DNA from: Negaprion brevirostris | Taxonomy: Eukaryota | NCBI GenBank assembly: GCA_030324005.1 | Contig: JARDVH010000130.1 | Span: forward strand, 34,726,009-34,790,008 | Direction of reading: 5' to 3' | DNA: 64,000 nt | Shown here: in pieces, positions 26,200-38,910 of the stretch | Numbering within the stretch: the first letter of the stretch is position 1 | Layout: each line of letters starts with the position of its first letter | Position numbers and translations under genes: made by a program | Notes under the pieces: generated by a model | Told to the model about the DNA's origin: nothing | Databases searched by the model: none | The model's input: only the letters and a program-made list of their open reading frames with translations

Positions 26200-29100
26200 A
26201 GTTCATTCTTTTTTTTATTTCTTTTTATTGTGTCATACTCTCAACATCCTTTATTTATGTAGCAAAGAAAGCAAAGCACCACTTCTGTGACTATAGTAGA
26301 CAGTTCAAGCCCATAAGTCCATTGGCTGCCAGCCCAAGTAGAAACAGCTGATTTCAAATTCGTGCTGCTCCTTTCCTATTAGGCAAGCCTCTGCTCACAA
26401 TAGGGGAGCTTGTACTCCACGATACCCATGGGGAGATCTAACGACCCATGGTCTTTATAATATCCCTCCAGCATCAAAGGCACAGGAGAGTCTTCGCCAC
26501 TGTTTGACAATCGGCCTTGGGTCAATTGAGATCGATTCTTTTGAGGGTGGGGGGTGAACTGAATTGGAGACCATTTTCAAAAGGAGCACCATAAAGCCAC
26601 TGACACAAGTTCTTCATCCTTCAATTGGGACATGAATGTCTTCCTCTTCCATCTCGGAATCAGTGTTCTCATCACCCAGAGACACAGGTGGACAGTTGGC
26701 TCCAAGTCATGGCTCGATGCTGGCAGTATTTGTCTCCATGGCTGGTAACAAGGTCTGCACTGGCACAGACTCCCTGCTCCTGAGATGGTCCAGATGATCC
26801 CTCACAACCTTGCCCCATACTTTTTTTCCTTAATGATCCCCAAGACCCAAACAGGCCACCTCCAAAGTTCTTCACGTGAACCAAATCGCAGGTTTTAAAC
26901 ACTCTGTCCTTGCAGAATCACAATTTTTCTTCTTGCTCTCTTGTTGGGTCTCCACCTGCCATTAGATTTGGGAGAAACCTCCATCCCATTCACAATTCTG
27001 CTGGAGCAATTTCTGTCGCTGTGAGAGGGGTAGTCCAATAGTCGAATAAAAATCGTACCTGTTCCGTCTCTACAGATACTGCAGGTTGTTTCTTCTTAAA
27101 AGCCTGCACCACCCATTCAGCTAACCCATTCGATGATGGGTGCTGTTCTAATGTTTGATTCCACTGGAAAGCACGAAGTTCTGGAATTGGTGCTCGTAAA
27201 GACAGTGCTGTCAGAAAGACCATCTCAGGAGTAGGGAGCCCCATGGATGTAGAGACTGTGTGGTAGTTTCTCAACTGTGGCATGGGCGGTAGTGGAACAC
27301 ATACAAGGTATCTCCAGAGTGCACATCCATCATGATCAAAAACACAGAACCCAATAAAAGGACCAAGTCCACATACATTCACACCCAGGGCCTACCAGGC
27401 CAGTGACATGGATCACACAGTCTAACCTGCCTTCATCAAGACTGGGCAAATGAGGCTCCAGATAGGCAATTCCATTTTTGAAATCCCAGGGCGAAATTCC
27501 ATAAGTATCAGACATTGCCCTGGGCAAGGGACGACTACACAGGAACACCAGAGAATAACATCCTCAAATCAACACTAAGCTTGTCATTCTTCATCAGATA
27601 GGGCTTCATTTCATCTGAAGGTTGCCATTCAAAATAATGTATTTTAATTTTTGATAGGGCTGGGTCCTTTTGCATCCAGGCCCTTGCTTGCTTTGCAGAT
27701 TCTAGTAGGGTGTCAAAATTGAGGGTCATCACGAGCTCTTCCACAGCTGGGAATGCACAAGCCAGGCTTGTGGGCAATGGCAGACGACTTAGTGTGTCAG
27801 CTATCCAGGTCCCGGGCGATGTCTCCCCTGTGGGGACCATTAATCGGACTGAACTGAATTTTGAATTTGGTTTTTGGAACAAGTGAGGAATGGATTTGGG
27901 CTTGCCTGGTCCACTGACAGCATTGGCTTTATATCTTTTAAGGATGGAGTAAAACAATTTTTTTTTTAAGGAAAGAAGGCCCTACACTGTATCCAGGCAG
28001 AGGCAATGGCCAGTAATGCCTTGTCTTCTTTAAAACGTCCTAACAGGGTTTATGATTAATTACTAGATTGAAGCTTCTACCATGGACGTATTTGTGGAAC
28101 TTTTTAATGCCAAAGACAACTGCCAATCCCTCCTTCTCAACTTGGTAATACCTCCATTCAGCATTCATAAGGGTCCTTTGATGCATATGCAACAGGCTGC
28201 TCTATTGTGTCTTTCTGGTGGTGTACCAGTACTGCCAAAATCCTGTAAAGGGAGGCATCGCATGTCAGGGCCAGGTCCTCTTTTGGTCAAAATGGGCCAA
28301 TAAATTAGATGTCAAAAATTGCTGTTCAATGCTATGGAAAGCATCTAGCTGCAGCACCTCCCAAGGCCAACTTTGGTGTTTCCACAATAGGGTATGCAAG
28401 CTGGCTAGTAAGGAAGCCAAAGTTAGAGTAAATTTTCCATTATCATAACACCCGGAAGGAATTCAATTCTGTGGGGTTCCATGAAGTCATCAACTCATTA
28501 ATGACCCTCACCTTGTTCTCCACCTGATGAAGTCCCTTGCAATCCACCGAAATAGGTTACAGCACATACTTGGAAGACACATTTTCCCCAGATTTCTTAG
28601 AATTTTATAAGACCTCCTCCAAGTTTGCTAGGTATTCGCATTCCGAAGTTCTTCCAACTAGAACATTGTCCAGGTACACTACTACTTGGGGTAATATCAA
28701 TTGGAGTAATTCTATATTCTCCATAACCTATTGGAAAATGGCACATGTGGGTGAGACGCCGAAGGGTAATCAAGTGTACCTGTACAGGCCTTAGTGCGCA
28801 TTAATTATCGCATTCTTTCAGGAAGGTTGGTCTAATTCAAATTTTAGATATGCATGGCTCATGTCCAACTGAGCAAGTATTTAGCCATCTGGCAAGCAAG
28901 TCCTCAATTCATATCCATCAAGTTTAGAAAACCAATTGACAAAACTTATCCAGCTTGAGGACATGGCCAATAGGTGTAGCTCAGTCTGCAAATTTTACAG
29001 GTATTATGCCCAGTTTTTCCAGCTCTGTCTCTACTTTTACCAATAGAGAGTACGGAGCTGGCCACATTTTAAACTTCTTAGGCACAGCATCGGGGGTCAT

Positions 29101-30840
29101 TGTAGATCTTAGTTTTGGTTCCCCTTGTGCTTCCAAGTTCTTTCTGGAAAACTTCAAGGCACTTATTGATAATTTCAAACAGACGCTACATGCTTGCCTG
29201 AAGATCACTAGCCAGTTCAGTCTGATGTGCTGGAACCAATACCTCCCCATAATGCTAGGCCCTTGCTCCCATAAAATGATAAGTGAGAGTCGAGCTGACT
29301 GTTGCCTTCAAGTCATAGAATCATTGTAATGCCCTTTATCTGTAATGGCTCCCCCATGTGGGCAGCCAGTCCAACCTTTGTCTCTTTTAAGCTCAGGAGC
29401 TCAATACCAGTCCGGATTATAGGTCTTCTCCATGATAACGGAGACCGCAGCCCCTGTATTCATTTCCATTTTTAACAGATGGCCATTTACTAAGAACTCC
29501 TCCATTACGGAGACAACCTTCATTGTGGAAATGCAATTTAATTGCATTGTCCCTGCTCTTGATAGTGGGCATACCTGCAAGGTACGGTCACGTTTTGGCC
29601 TTGGCCTTTATGAGACAGCACACATTTTGACCTCGCCTACATTTTTGCCTTGGTTGTTGTCTTTATCAGTGCTCCCAATAGTCCATTGTCTGGCACCGTC
29701 AACCGTCTGGAGCATGCACCCTAGGAGTCTAAAGGCTCTCTCTCTCTTTCCTCAACTCCTGTTGATGTGACTTGGGCTCCATCATTGAAGGGATACTTTA
29801 CTGATGTAATTGCTCTAAGTTGAGGAATGAAAGTTGCATAATTAGAGGCCACTGCTGTCCGGCATCCCCTATAGTTCCTGAGCTCCAATGATAGAGCAAT
29901 GGCCTTCTTTAGATCCAAATTGGTCCTGCCAATAATTTGTTTTGACTGTTATGTTGTAAATTCCACAGACCAGTCTACCTCAACATGTCGTGCGGGGTAA
30001 CCCGAATTCACAGTGCTCTACCAATTTTCATGACCTTGTCAGAAATTCAGTAACAAATTTCCCATCGATTGGTCCTAGCATGTTAAAGTGGTATCATTGG
30101 AGTATTATAGGTGGTTTCAGGTCATTGTAGCCTTTTAACAAGTCTACGAATTCATTCAAGGTTTTTGCGTCAGGAGCATTCAGGTAGACAAGGCTTTTTA
30201 TTACACTGAATGTCAGGACCCCACATGCTATCAATGGGATTACTCTCTGCTTTTCATCTTCCTCAATACTGTTGGCCCGGAAGAAATAGCGTGCTCTACA
30301 TATTGGGCCCAGACCTCTGTGCTTGCATCAGAGGCTTCAAGTTTACCAGCAAGGCATTTTTCTTACTAAAGGATTACTTGTCTTGATAACGAAGGTTNNN
30401 NNNNNNNNNNNNNNNNNNNNNNNNNNNNNNNNNNNNNNNNNNNNNNNNNNNNNNNNNNNNNNNNNNNNNNNNNNNNNNNNNNNNNNNNNNNNNNNNNTAA
30501 AGGATTACTTGTCTTGATAACGAAGGTTATCCGGAGGGAAGAAAAAACCCTTTTGCTCTTTGTCACTAATGTAATAATTTCACCAAGGCCAATCTTCTGT
30601 TACCAACACCTTTTAATTTCCATGTGAAGAAAGCACTATTTCCAGAACTACATTTTATAGTTGGGGCGAGTGATTTGTCAAGTCCAGGAGTCATTTGGTT
30701 GCCTGCTGAGTAGAGACAGCTGATTTTGAATCCTGCTGCTCCTTTCCCATTGGGCAAGCCTCACTCACTCAATAGGGGAGTTCATACTCCATAAGGCCAA
30801 GGGAAGATCTATTAGTGAATCCCCCCCCAAGGGTGTCATA
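26200..30840 (-). mobile_element. Near full-length decayed Ty3/Gypsy LTR retrotransposon (gag-PR-RT-RH-IN), LTRs at ~26200-26461 and ~30572-30838
   Basis: The two LTRs share agtaga.acagctgattt..aat.c.tgctgctcctttcc.att.ggcaagcctc..ctca..aataggggag.t..tactcca...ggg.agatcta. PBS-like tagtgacaaa next to the 5' LTR. Protease aatacaggggctgcgg (~29440-29465), RT relics (PFGVSP.., YLDNVL ~28665), ADTLSRLPLP and DPALSKI, integrase HPSSNGLAEWVVQAFK. Confidence 0.9.
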
Positions 30841-32999
30841 TCGTATTTGTTTTCAAACAGAGATAAGGAGCAAAGTACATTATAATACAATGAAACAGTT
30901 TCCCCCCAATTTCTCACCGAACAATATAAATAGGATAGATGGATAGGTTAAGTATTAAGAAACGATCCAAGAAAAGATAAGTTTATTAGCCCTAGTGGCC
31001 TTTGCACATTCCCAAAAATTCTTGTTTCCACTGTTAACTTTACAGTGATGAAGCTCGTTTCACTGGTCTACATGTCAAAGGCAATTCAAATAATTCCACA
31101 CAAATTCTCCTTTCTGACACTGCAGATTCAGCTTGATGTTCAAAGCTTCACAAGACAATCTGAACTCATTACAATTCTAACAATGAATCTTTATGACAAA
31201 ATGGTCACCTTCGTCATCCTGGACCCTCAACCTCAATTAAACCAATACAAGGTCCCCGAAAAGACTAAAGTCAGCATGTTCCTTCGGGCATCTCTCAGTC
31301 ATTGAATAACTGAAAAGATGACAAAACATGACTGGTTTAATTTTTGAATTTGGTTAGAAAGGATTTCCTACCAACTGAAAATTGATTGCAGACCAATCAT
31401 ACGTCAAAACAGATGACCGTGCAATCCAATTGATTTTTTTTGTTTACTTAGTTCCACTTTCAATGCGGAAAAAAAAATGGAGCATCCTCAGTTGACAAAT
31501 TAACTCAGTTAGGTTATTTCGTCCCAACGTACAATTGAATCATATGTAGTCAACCACCATTACGTAAGCATTGGTGCCAAATACTTTACTGGGCTCAAAA
31601 TGACTGCACTTCTCACTTAAAAAAACATTACACTTCAAAGTGGTGCATTATTGAAGCCAGATGTAACAAAGCAACATTTAAATCCAAGTATCCCTTCTCT
31701 TTTAAATGAAATTCATCACTGGATTGTAAATGCTTGAAGCTCAGTACAAAACTGAAGAGAAAATTTCTGTTCCTGGTACAAATAGGCAAGTCTTCTGTCA
31801 ATCGTTCGCCAAGTTTATTACTTTTTCTGCAGCTTCATGCAGCATGCCCTGCATCACCTACTAAGCTTAGAAAGGCTACGTCTTTGTGGTAGGGATCAAG
31901 CTCCTCACAAATCACTCGCCCCCAACTATAAAATGTAGGGCGTAACTACCATGTTAACACTTTAAGGGACCTGCAAGCTGGACAGCAACAATTAGAACTT
32001 CACCTCAAATGCACTTTCTGCCTGGCTTTGCAGCCCAGCCTGGCTGTATCACAGCAAAATACGACAGAAGTTGCATCAATCAACAAATATATATACTGCC
32101 ATCACAGCCAATTAGAGATCAACCACAAACATTGTGTGCTGAAGCCAGGAACTTACACATCTAGAAGAGGACTGAAAATAGAATAGTCACCTCAAACCCT
32201 GTTGGGCTTACTTGAATGTCTTCCATCTATCCTCAGACTGAAAATGAAAATGTGTGATCATCAATGTATCACTGAAGAGAAGTGCATATCTTGGTTTATT
32301 GCATGATAATAAATGGATCCTGTATAGGCCAATTCCTCATGTTGGGATTATTCTGGAGTACAAGCTGTTTATTAACCAAGCAGGACATCTGTATATCTTG
32401 AGGTACTATTTTGGCAAAGGTCACAAGACATTGCTTATCTCTGTTCAACCAGAATCAGTATTAAGTACAAAAGCATGATGTTTTCCAAATCGTTACATCT
32501 TCTGCTCCTGCCATTTAACTAGTCAATCATTGCTGACTAAAATATCAAATTTAAACCCAGGGTTTTGGAATAGACCATGGCCTTTAAGTTCAAAAACTTG
32601 AAGGAAGGCATTAAAAGATATAAAAGATACTTTTTAAACAAACTATTTCTGCTTGAGCTGTGAGACACATTGGCATATTACCAATTCTTGGCTGCTTCAA
32701 GAAGGTAATGGTGAGCCTTCTCCAATGCAGTCCTTCAGTTGACGTTAGATCGGGACTTCCAGGACACTGACTCACTGACCTCAGAGCACCACATGCCCAA
32801 CCCAGGACAGCAAAAGTGAATTGATAACACAAGAGGAAAATTTTTCAGGGTTACAGGTTAGGAGTAGGAGAATGGAATGAATTGTATAGCTCGTTCAAAG
32901 ATCCAGCACAATGAGAGCCAGATAACTTCTTTCTGCTCTATATGAGTCTATGATTTTGAGGGGATGGTCCATTATTGGACAGTAAGCAACAATGGCAAA

Positions 33000-33155
33000 G
33001 GTAAACTCGCCATAGTCCCAGATGGCCATTGACTGTTCTCCCCTTTGGAGGGGAGAGCTAACTGGTGGTAAATTAACCTGAGGATCATCACACCTCAGGT
33101 AAGGGGCAGGGGAAGAAGGCCAGCCTTCATGAATAACCTCAGCCGGTGCAGGAGA
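33000..33155 (-). mobile_element. SINE fragment with a double-hairpin central domain (MetaSINE-like, from memory)
   Basis: Stem-loops ctcccctttggaggggag and acctgagg-atcatcaca-cctcaggt, followed by ccttcatgaataacctcagccggt. Confidence 0.5.
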
Positions 33156-33359
33156 TTTACCATTAGAAAGCTCATTTATTTATGTGCTCATAATTAACAA
33201 CTCACATATTAGATTCAAATCTTTTCAGATGCCCTACTTAAACTATTTGGCACAAGTGAAGTAGTTGAAATCTCCATCATTCTGAAGTTCGATCTCTAAC
33301 ACATCCAACTAAGCATGATATGCTCCACCTTTGGACAGCCTTCTAAAATTTATTATGCA

Positions 33360-33570
33360 GTTCCCCTTCAAGCCACTCACCATCCTGATTTGCAGTCACA
33401 GTCAAAATCCTGGAATTCCCTCCCTAACGGCATTGTGGGTCAACCCACAGCACATGAACTGCAGCGATTTAAGGCAGCAGCTCACCACCACCTCCTCAAG
33501 GGCAAGTAAGAATGGACAATAAATGCTGGCCAGCTCGTGATGCCCATGTCCCACAAATGAATAAAAAAAT
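33360..33570 (+). mobile_element. LINE 3' tail (same family as 20560-22300)
   Basis: tcaaaatcctggaattccctccctaacggcattgtggg...aaggcagcagctcaccaccacctcctcaagggcaagtaagaatggacaataaatgctggcc. Confidence 0.8.
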
Positions 33571-35869
33571 TATTAGCTTGAATTTCTAGGCATTTTACAC
33601 ACAAATGGGGTGGCTAATGTGCCTTAACTTTCTGATTCAGCAGAGTCACATTTATAATCATGCATTATATACAAGGTTAATCACTTTGCACTTTAAAGTT
33701 ATTCATCGTACGTGAAGCATTTTGACATATTTCAGCCATAAGGCACTATATTCTTTCCCTTTCTAATTGCTGAATCAGACAACTCATGGACCATCCACTG
33801 CAGCAGAGGCATTTTGCCGACTTTCACGTCAACTTAATTCTCGTTCCGAAGGGACCAGTAACAGTCTACCAAAAGGCAGCATACAAGAATTTGCCCTTTC
33901 TCCAGAGGGCATTCAAGCCTAGTGAATTTATCTTTGAGGTTTTGTATATTTAACCTAGAAACAGGTGGAACAATCAGATATTGTGCATCAGTATCTGCAT
34001 GATGAATTCAAATTCAACAGCAAAACCACTGATCAATAATTTGAAATTGTTAAACTGTTCTGCCTGTATCAGGTTACATTGCCAGATTCACCTGGTGAAC
34101 TGAGGTTGAATTCCAGAATAGGTCAAAATACAACAGTTATCATTACCCACAACACCCACTCCAAATGTAAAAAATATTTTCACTACATACGCCAGATCAC
34201 TTGCTTCAGCTAATATCTGCTTAGTACAGTTAAAAAGAGCTCCCAACACAATCAGCAAACAACTGCTCAAAAAACAGTGGATGATACATTCAGGAAAAAC
34301 TAAGTATAACACTCAACGGAAAACCAATTCTAATTTAAGGTTTACATCAATATCCTACAACCCAGATACACAACAATTTTAGAAATAAGGCTCTAAAAGG
34401 ACCTCAGTCACAGCAATAATCCATAGTTAACCTTCTGCCTCTGAAGTAAAAAATATGCATAATATTTGGGTTTAGTAACTTCCAATTTCTTACAATCACT
34501 GATGTGTCCGTATATATGAAGTCATCGATTCCCCCACCTGCACTGAACTAAATAAACATGGCACAGCAACAGGATAGTCATTCAGCCCCTATGTCATGAC
34601 TGAACTGTACCTGATCTCAGCTTCTCAGCCTTGGCTCCATTTCCCTTGATAGCCTCACCAAAAAAAAATCCATCGTCTCAGAAATTCACCCAGCATCCAC
34701 AGTTTTTTAATGGAAGAGAATTCCACACATTGCATGCAAAATGGGCTTCCTAATTTCACCCTGAATGACCTGGCTCTGATTTTCTGGGTTTTCCAAAAAG
34801 AAATAGTTTCTCTGAATCTACCCTTTTTATTGAGCATTTCATTTTAAACATCTCAATTGATCCAATCCACACAACCTTTTATGCTCTGCAAACTTGCATT
34901 GCTTCAGCCGTCACTGATATCAATGGTGCAAACACAGAGGCCCCTGTAAAAATGCCCAGAACAACCTGTTCTTCACATGACATCAATCAGGTAGCATTCC
35001 AGTCATTCCTACTTCAGAAAATTATAACAAACGCATCAGCAATTTCCTCACATACTTCCTTCATTATTCTAGATGGAAACTACAAGGTCATTTTTTTCTT
35101 TCAAGAAAAATAGCAAGTATAGATTCCAATTCATTGGGTCAAAAGCATTTAAATCTCTAGTGTCTTTATTTCGAGAAACACAGGCAGCCACTACACTTTG
35201 TCTCAAAGCTGTTTCTGCCATCTTGTGGCATTTAAATGATGGTGAAAAATAGCAATGAATTTCAAATATCCACATTTAACAGTAACACAATTTGTTTCAC
35301 ATTCTTGAAACAGTAACCCCGACAGCAATTCAATGTCAAACATGTTCATTCTAGTCTCGTTTTGTGTGGTGGCGGTGAGGATGAACATCGTCTCCAGTCT
35401 TCAAGGCAAAATCAAGATTTTAATTATTAAATTCTACATGAATCATCGCACTGTTCAAGTACAACAAGCAAATATAGTAAGGATGCACAGAATAGCTTTC
35501 CTACTGTTGTGCAAGAAGATATTTCTTTTAACAGTGAGAAAGTGGGGGTGGGCTCAGGGCGCAGAGGAAAGGTGCGGCAAACCAACGTGAGCTGAGGGAG
35601 GGGATGGGATGGGGTAGAGCCAGTGGAGGGAAGAGAGGTGACAAATGAGGGGGTGAGGGATGCCTTGATTAATCTGTTCAAATGTTTGGCACAAAATGAT
35701 ACTCTATGCATAGTTCACTTCTGCTTTATTCAAGGATCTCAATGCAAAAGCTATCAGCTTCACTTCACCACTAGCTATGTGAGAAACCAATCCCTGTCAC
35801 CCTAAATGCTGATGTATCATATGCCAGTTGCAAAAGGAGATTTGAATCAGTGTGCCAGGACTTCTGATT

Positions 35870-36790
35870 TTAGTACTGCCTCTTCAGTTTCAGTGAAGGT
35901 TTTCTTGCACTGATCTATCCATTACCATTTCTTCTTTTGACAGAATAAGTTGCATAAAGGCTTAAAAATAGTCACTAGGTTACAGACATACCTCCATAAT
36001 AGTTTAATGTTATAATTAGTTCATTGACATATTGAGGTGCAGATGCCTCAGTAACAGCTTTGGCTTTTGAAGACGATTTGTACAGTTGCAATGCATCTAT
36101 GACATGACCCAGATATTCAATAGAAGATTGGAAAAATTCACATTTATCATGTCTTTGCTCCGTCAATCTGCTACTGCATGCCCAATTTGCACATCAGTGG
36201 CAATTTTGTGTCTGTGTTCAGGTCTCAGCCAACATTTTACGTATGCTAGTGCTCAACTAACCACTGAACTTACTTGTCTGCCAAATGCGTGTAGAGTGCA
36301 ACTTCCTTTGTTAGGTTGGTTTCTATTAACAACTGCTTTTGGATAGCTTTGCTTCCCAAACCTCACACTAGTCTATCTCTAATGGTGTTACTCAAAACAT
36401 CCCCGAATTCAGTTTTCAGCTAATTTCTTCAAAGTAGCTATGAACAGAGATTCATTCATCATTTCGTTGGCTATGCTTATGGAGCCTGAACTGCTTGGTG
36501 ATCATCACACCAAAGGTTTAGGTGAGAAGTAACCCTGCAGTATTCCTACTTTTTCATCATAGGTTTTCAAGCCTGGCTTTTCCAGCTGTGTCAGACTTCT
36601 CAGGAGGTCAAATGCCACCCCCCCACTCCACCATTGGACTCAGGAAAGTTGGATCTACAATATCTGTCACAACTTTATTTGCTTGCACAAAATAATCAAA
36701 TTGTTCAGTCTATGAGCTCCACTGTTCAGTGTTCTCATCATACAGTCTCACAGCAACAAAAATTCCCATCGTTTTAGCTATGCAAAGGGC
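35870..36790 (-). mobile_element. Gypsy relic: gag start joined closely to a late RT segment (internal deletion)
   Basis: ORF 35975-36166 KCEFFQSSIEYLGHVIDA...KAKAVTEASAPQ is a Gypsy RT/thumb motif. Gag-like W.SYTEQFDYF.QANKV...FLSPM...FDLLRSLT..EKP at 36570-36740. Confidence 0.75.
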
Positions 36791-36892
36791 TTGCATAAGC
36801 ACAATGTGCCCCAAATCTTTTTAGCACTACCTCACTTTTTTCAAACAAGACACGCCTGAGCGCAGCCTAATTCTTTCCAAGTTTTGCAACAC

Positions 36893-37750
36893 ATAGAACA
36901 TTACAGCACAGTACAGGCCCTTCGGCCCTCAATGTTGCGCCGACCAGTGAAAACCAATCTGAAGTCCATCTAACCTACACTATTCGAATATCATGCATAG
37001 AGGGATCTAGGTGTATGTGTACATAGATCCCTGAAAGTTGGGAATCAGGTAGATAGGGTTGTTAGGAAGGCATACNNNNNNNNNNNNNNNNNNNNNNNNN
37101 NNNNNNNNNNNNNNNNNNNNNNNNNNNNNNNNNNNNNNNNNNNNNNNNNNNNNNNNNNNNNNNNNNNNNNNNNNNAAACAGCCTCAAGTCCCTCAGCCTT
37201 TCCTCATAAGACCTTCCCACCATACCAGGCAACATCCTAGTAAATCTCCTCTGCACCCTTTCCAATGTTTCCACATCCTTCCTATAATGTGGCGACCAGA
37301 ACTGTATGCAATACTCAAAGTCAGCCGCACCAGAGTTTTGTATAGCTGCAACATGGCTCCAAAGCTCAATCCCTCTACCAATAAAAGGTAACACACCGTA
37401 CGCCTTCTTAACAACCCTATCAACCTGGGTGCCAACTTTCAGGGGTCTATGCACATGAACACTGAGGTCTCTCTGCTCATCCACACTACCAAGTATCTTA
37501 CCATTAGCCCAGTACTCTGTATTCCTGTCGCTCCTTCCAAAGTGAATCACCTCTCACTTTTCCACATTAAACTCCATTTGCCACTTCTCAGCCCAGCTCT
37601 GCAGCTTATCTATGTCCCTCTGTAACCTGCAACATCCTTCTGCACTGTCCACAATTCCACTGACTTGTCTCATCTGCAAATTTACGAACCCATCCTTCTA
37701 CTATCTCATCCAGGTCATTCATAAAAATGACAAACAGCAGTGGCCCCAAA
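36893..37750 (-). mobile_element. CR1-like LINE 3' fragment (relatively young) with a gap
   Basis: ORF 37062-37550 MIHFGRSDRNTEY...EQRDLSV..EYCIQFWSPHYRKDVETLERVQRRFTRMLPG; tail catagaacattacagcacagtacaggcccttcggccc. Confidence 0.93.
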
Positions 37751-38392
37751 CACACCAGCTCTAAACTTATTGTTGCAGGGTACTTGCTACTCCAAGCTCC
37801 CTAGACTGTACCAGATCTTTCTGGGCAGAACATGTGACAAAATTCTTCTGCCGATGTTTCTCCAAAATCTTTGTTTAAATTTTAGTTGTTTCGATGGCTG
37901 CAATCGTCAGCTTTGGCACAGAATTTTTTTAATAGACTTAGATCTTCCTGGATTTCTGCAGTATGAACCGATGATTTTTTGACTTTTTCCACTGGATTTC
38001 AGCAATGTATGGGGGGATTTCGAAGTGTGGATCAACCACCTCATCATCTGTTTTCTTTGTGGTATTTTTAAAGGGTAGGTTTGCAGATCACAAAGGTAGA
38101 AACAAACAAGGGCTTGACAGGAAAGGTGTTTGCTCTACAGCTTGTCAGGCTAGGTTACCCGTTTGCCCATGCAAACTGCTGATGTCATCAAGACTTAACA
38201 TGATCAGGCCCTTAAAGTGCCCTTGTTCCAACGCAACTACACAATAACCAAAATCAAATGCTTCCTGTTAGATGTGTTTCCACAATTGAGAAGCACTTGC
38301 TGAACTATCCTGAGAGTTACATTACCAATTTAAATAATTTGCTGAGTTCATATCTCGGCTCATTGGCTAGGTGCAACATGCATTCAGGTGCA

Positions 38393-38670
38393 GGGGCAGC
38401 ATGGTGGCACAGTGGTTCGCACTGCTGCCTCTGTACCAGGGACCCAGGTTCGATTCCCAGCTTGGATCACTGTGTGAAGTTTGCAAGTTCTCCCCACGTC
38501 TGTGTAGGTTTTCTCCGGGTGCTCCTGTTTCTTCCCACAGTCCAAAGGTTGCCTGTTAGATGAAATGGCCTTGCTAAATTCTCCCTCAGTGTACCCAAAT
38601 AAGCGCCAGGGTGTGGCAACTAGGGGTTTTTCCACAGTAACTTCATTGCATGTGAATGAAAGCCTACTTT
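38393..38670 (+). mobile_element. Full V-SINE/HE1-like SINE
   Basis: ggggcagcatggtggcacagtggttcgcactgctgcctc..gggacccaggttcgattccc...ttctccccacgtctgtgtaggttttctccgggtgctcc...ggcaactagggggtttttccacagtaacttcattgc. Confidence 0.9.
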
Positions 38671-38772
38671 AGCTTTACAGGGACCCATTCTCTCAACAAA
38701 AGGAATATGTTCAAGCTTGCAGCTGTTTTGAATTATCCGGGAGCTCGGGGAGCCTATAGTTCCATCCTGCTT

Positions 38773-38910
38773 TCTCCATGGAAATGCCTCAGCCAGATTT
38801 TACTTGCCAACCAATCAACGACCATCCCCCCCCCCCGCCCCCCTGCAAAGTTTTGTTTGTCCTCAAGTGCAAGATGAAAAGCTTCACCAACATGTTTCTC
38901 TCTTTAGCAC
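38773..38910 (+). repeat. Unnamed repeat (copy 1) with a hammerhead-like ending; copy 2 at 53095-53260
   Basis: Both copies have ctccatgg.aatgcctc...acttgccaa.caatca.c...tgtcc...gtgcaagatgaaaagcttca...catgt.tct. Confidence 0.65.

Noticed and set aside
30367-30528. 31-bp direct repeat taaaggattacttgtcttgataacgaaggtt on both sides of a 100-N gap (superficially CRISPR- or TSD-like)
   Set aside because: It is an exact duplication abutting a fixed-length scaffold gap, which indicates an unmerged contig overlap. A similar pattern occurs at 54858-55008.
37000-37075. Plus-strand CR1 piece inverted relative to 37400-37470, suggesting a long hairpin or twin priming
   Set aside because: It lies directly against a 100-N gap in a high-copy repeat; mis-joined repeat copies are the simpler explanation.
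38395-38470. tRNA-like A/B boxes (also at 3170, 48680 and 56030)
   Set aside because: These are SINE heads that continue into the V-domain; there is no complete cloverleaf, so they are not tRNA genes.
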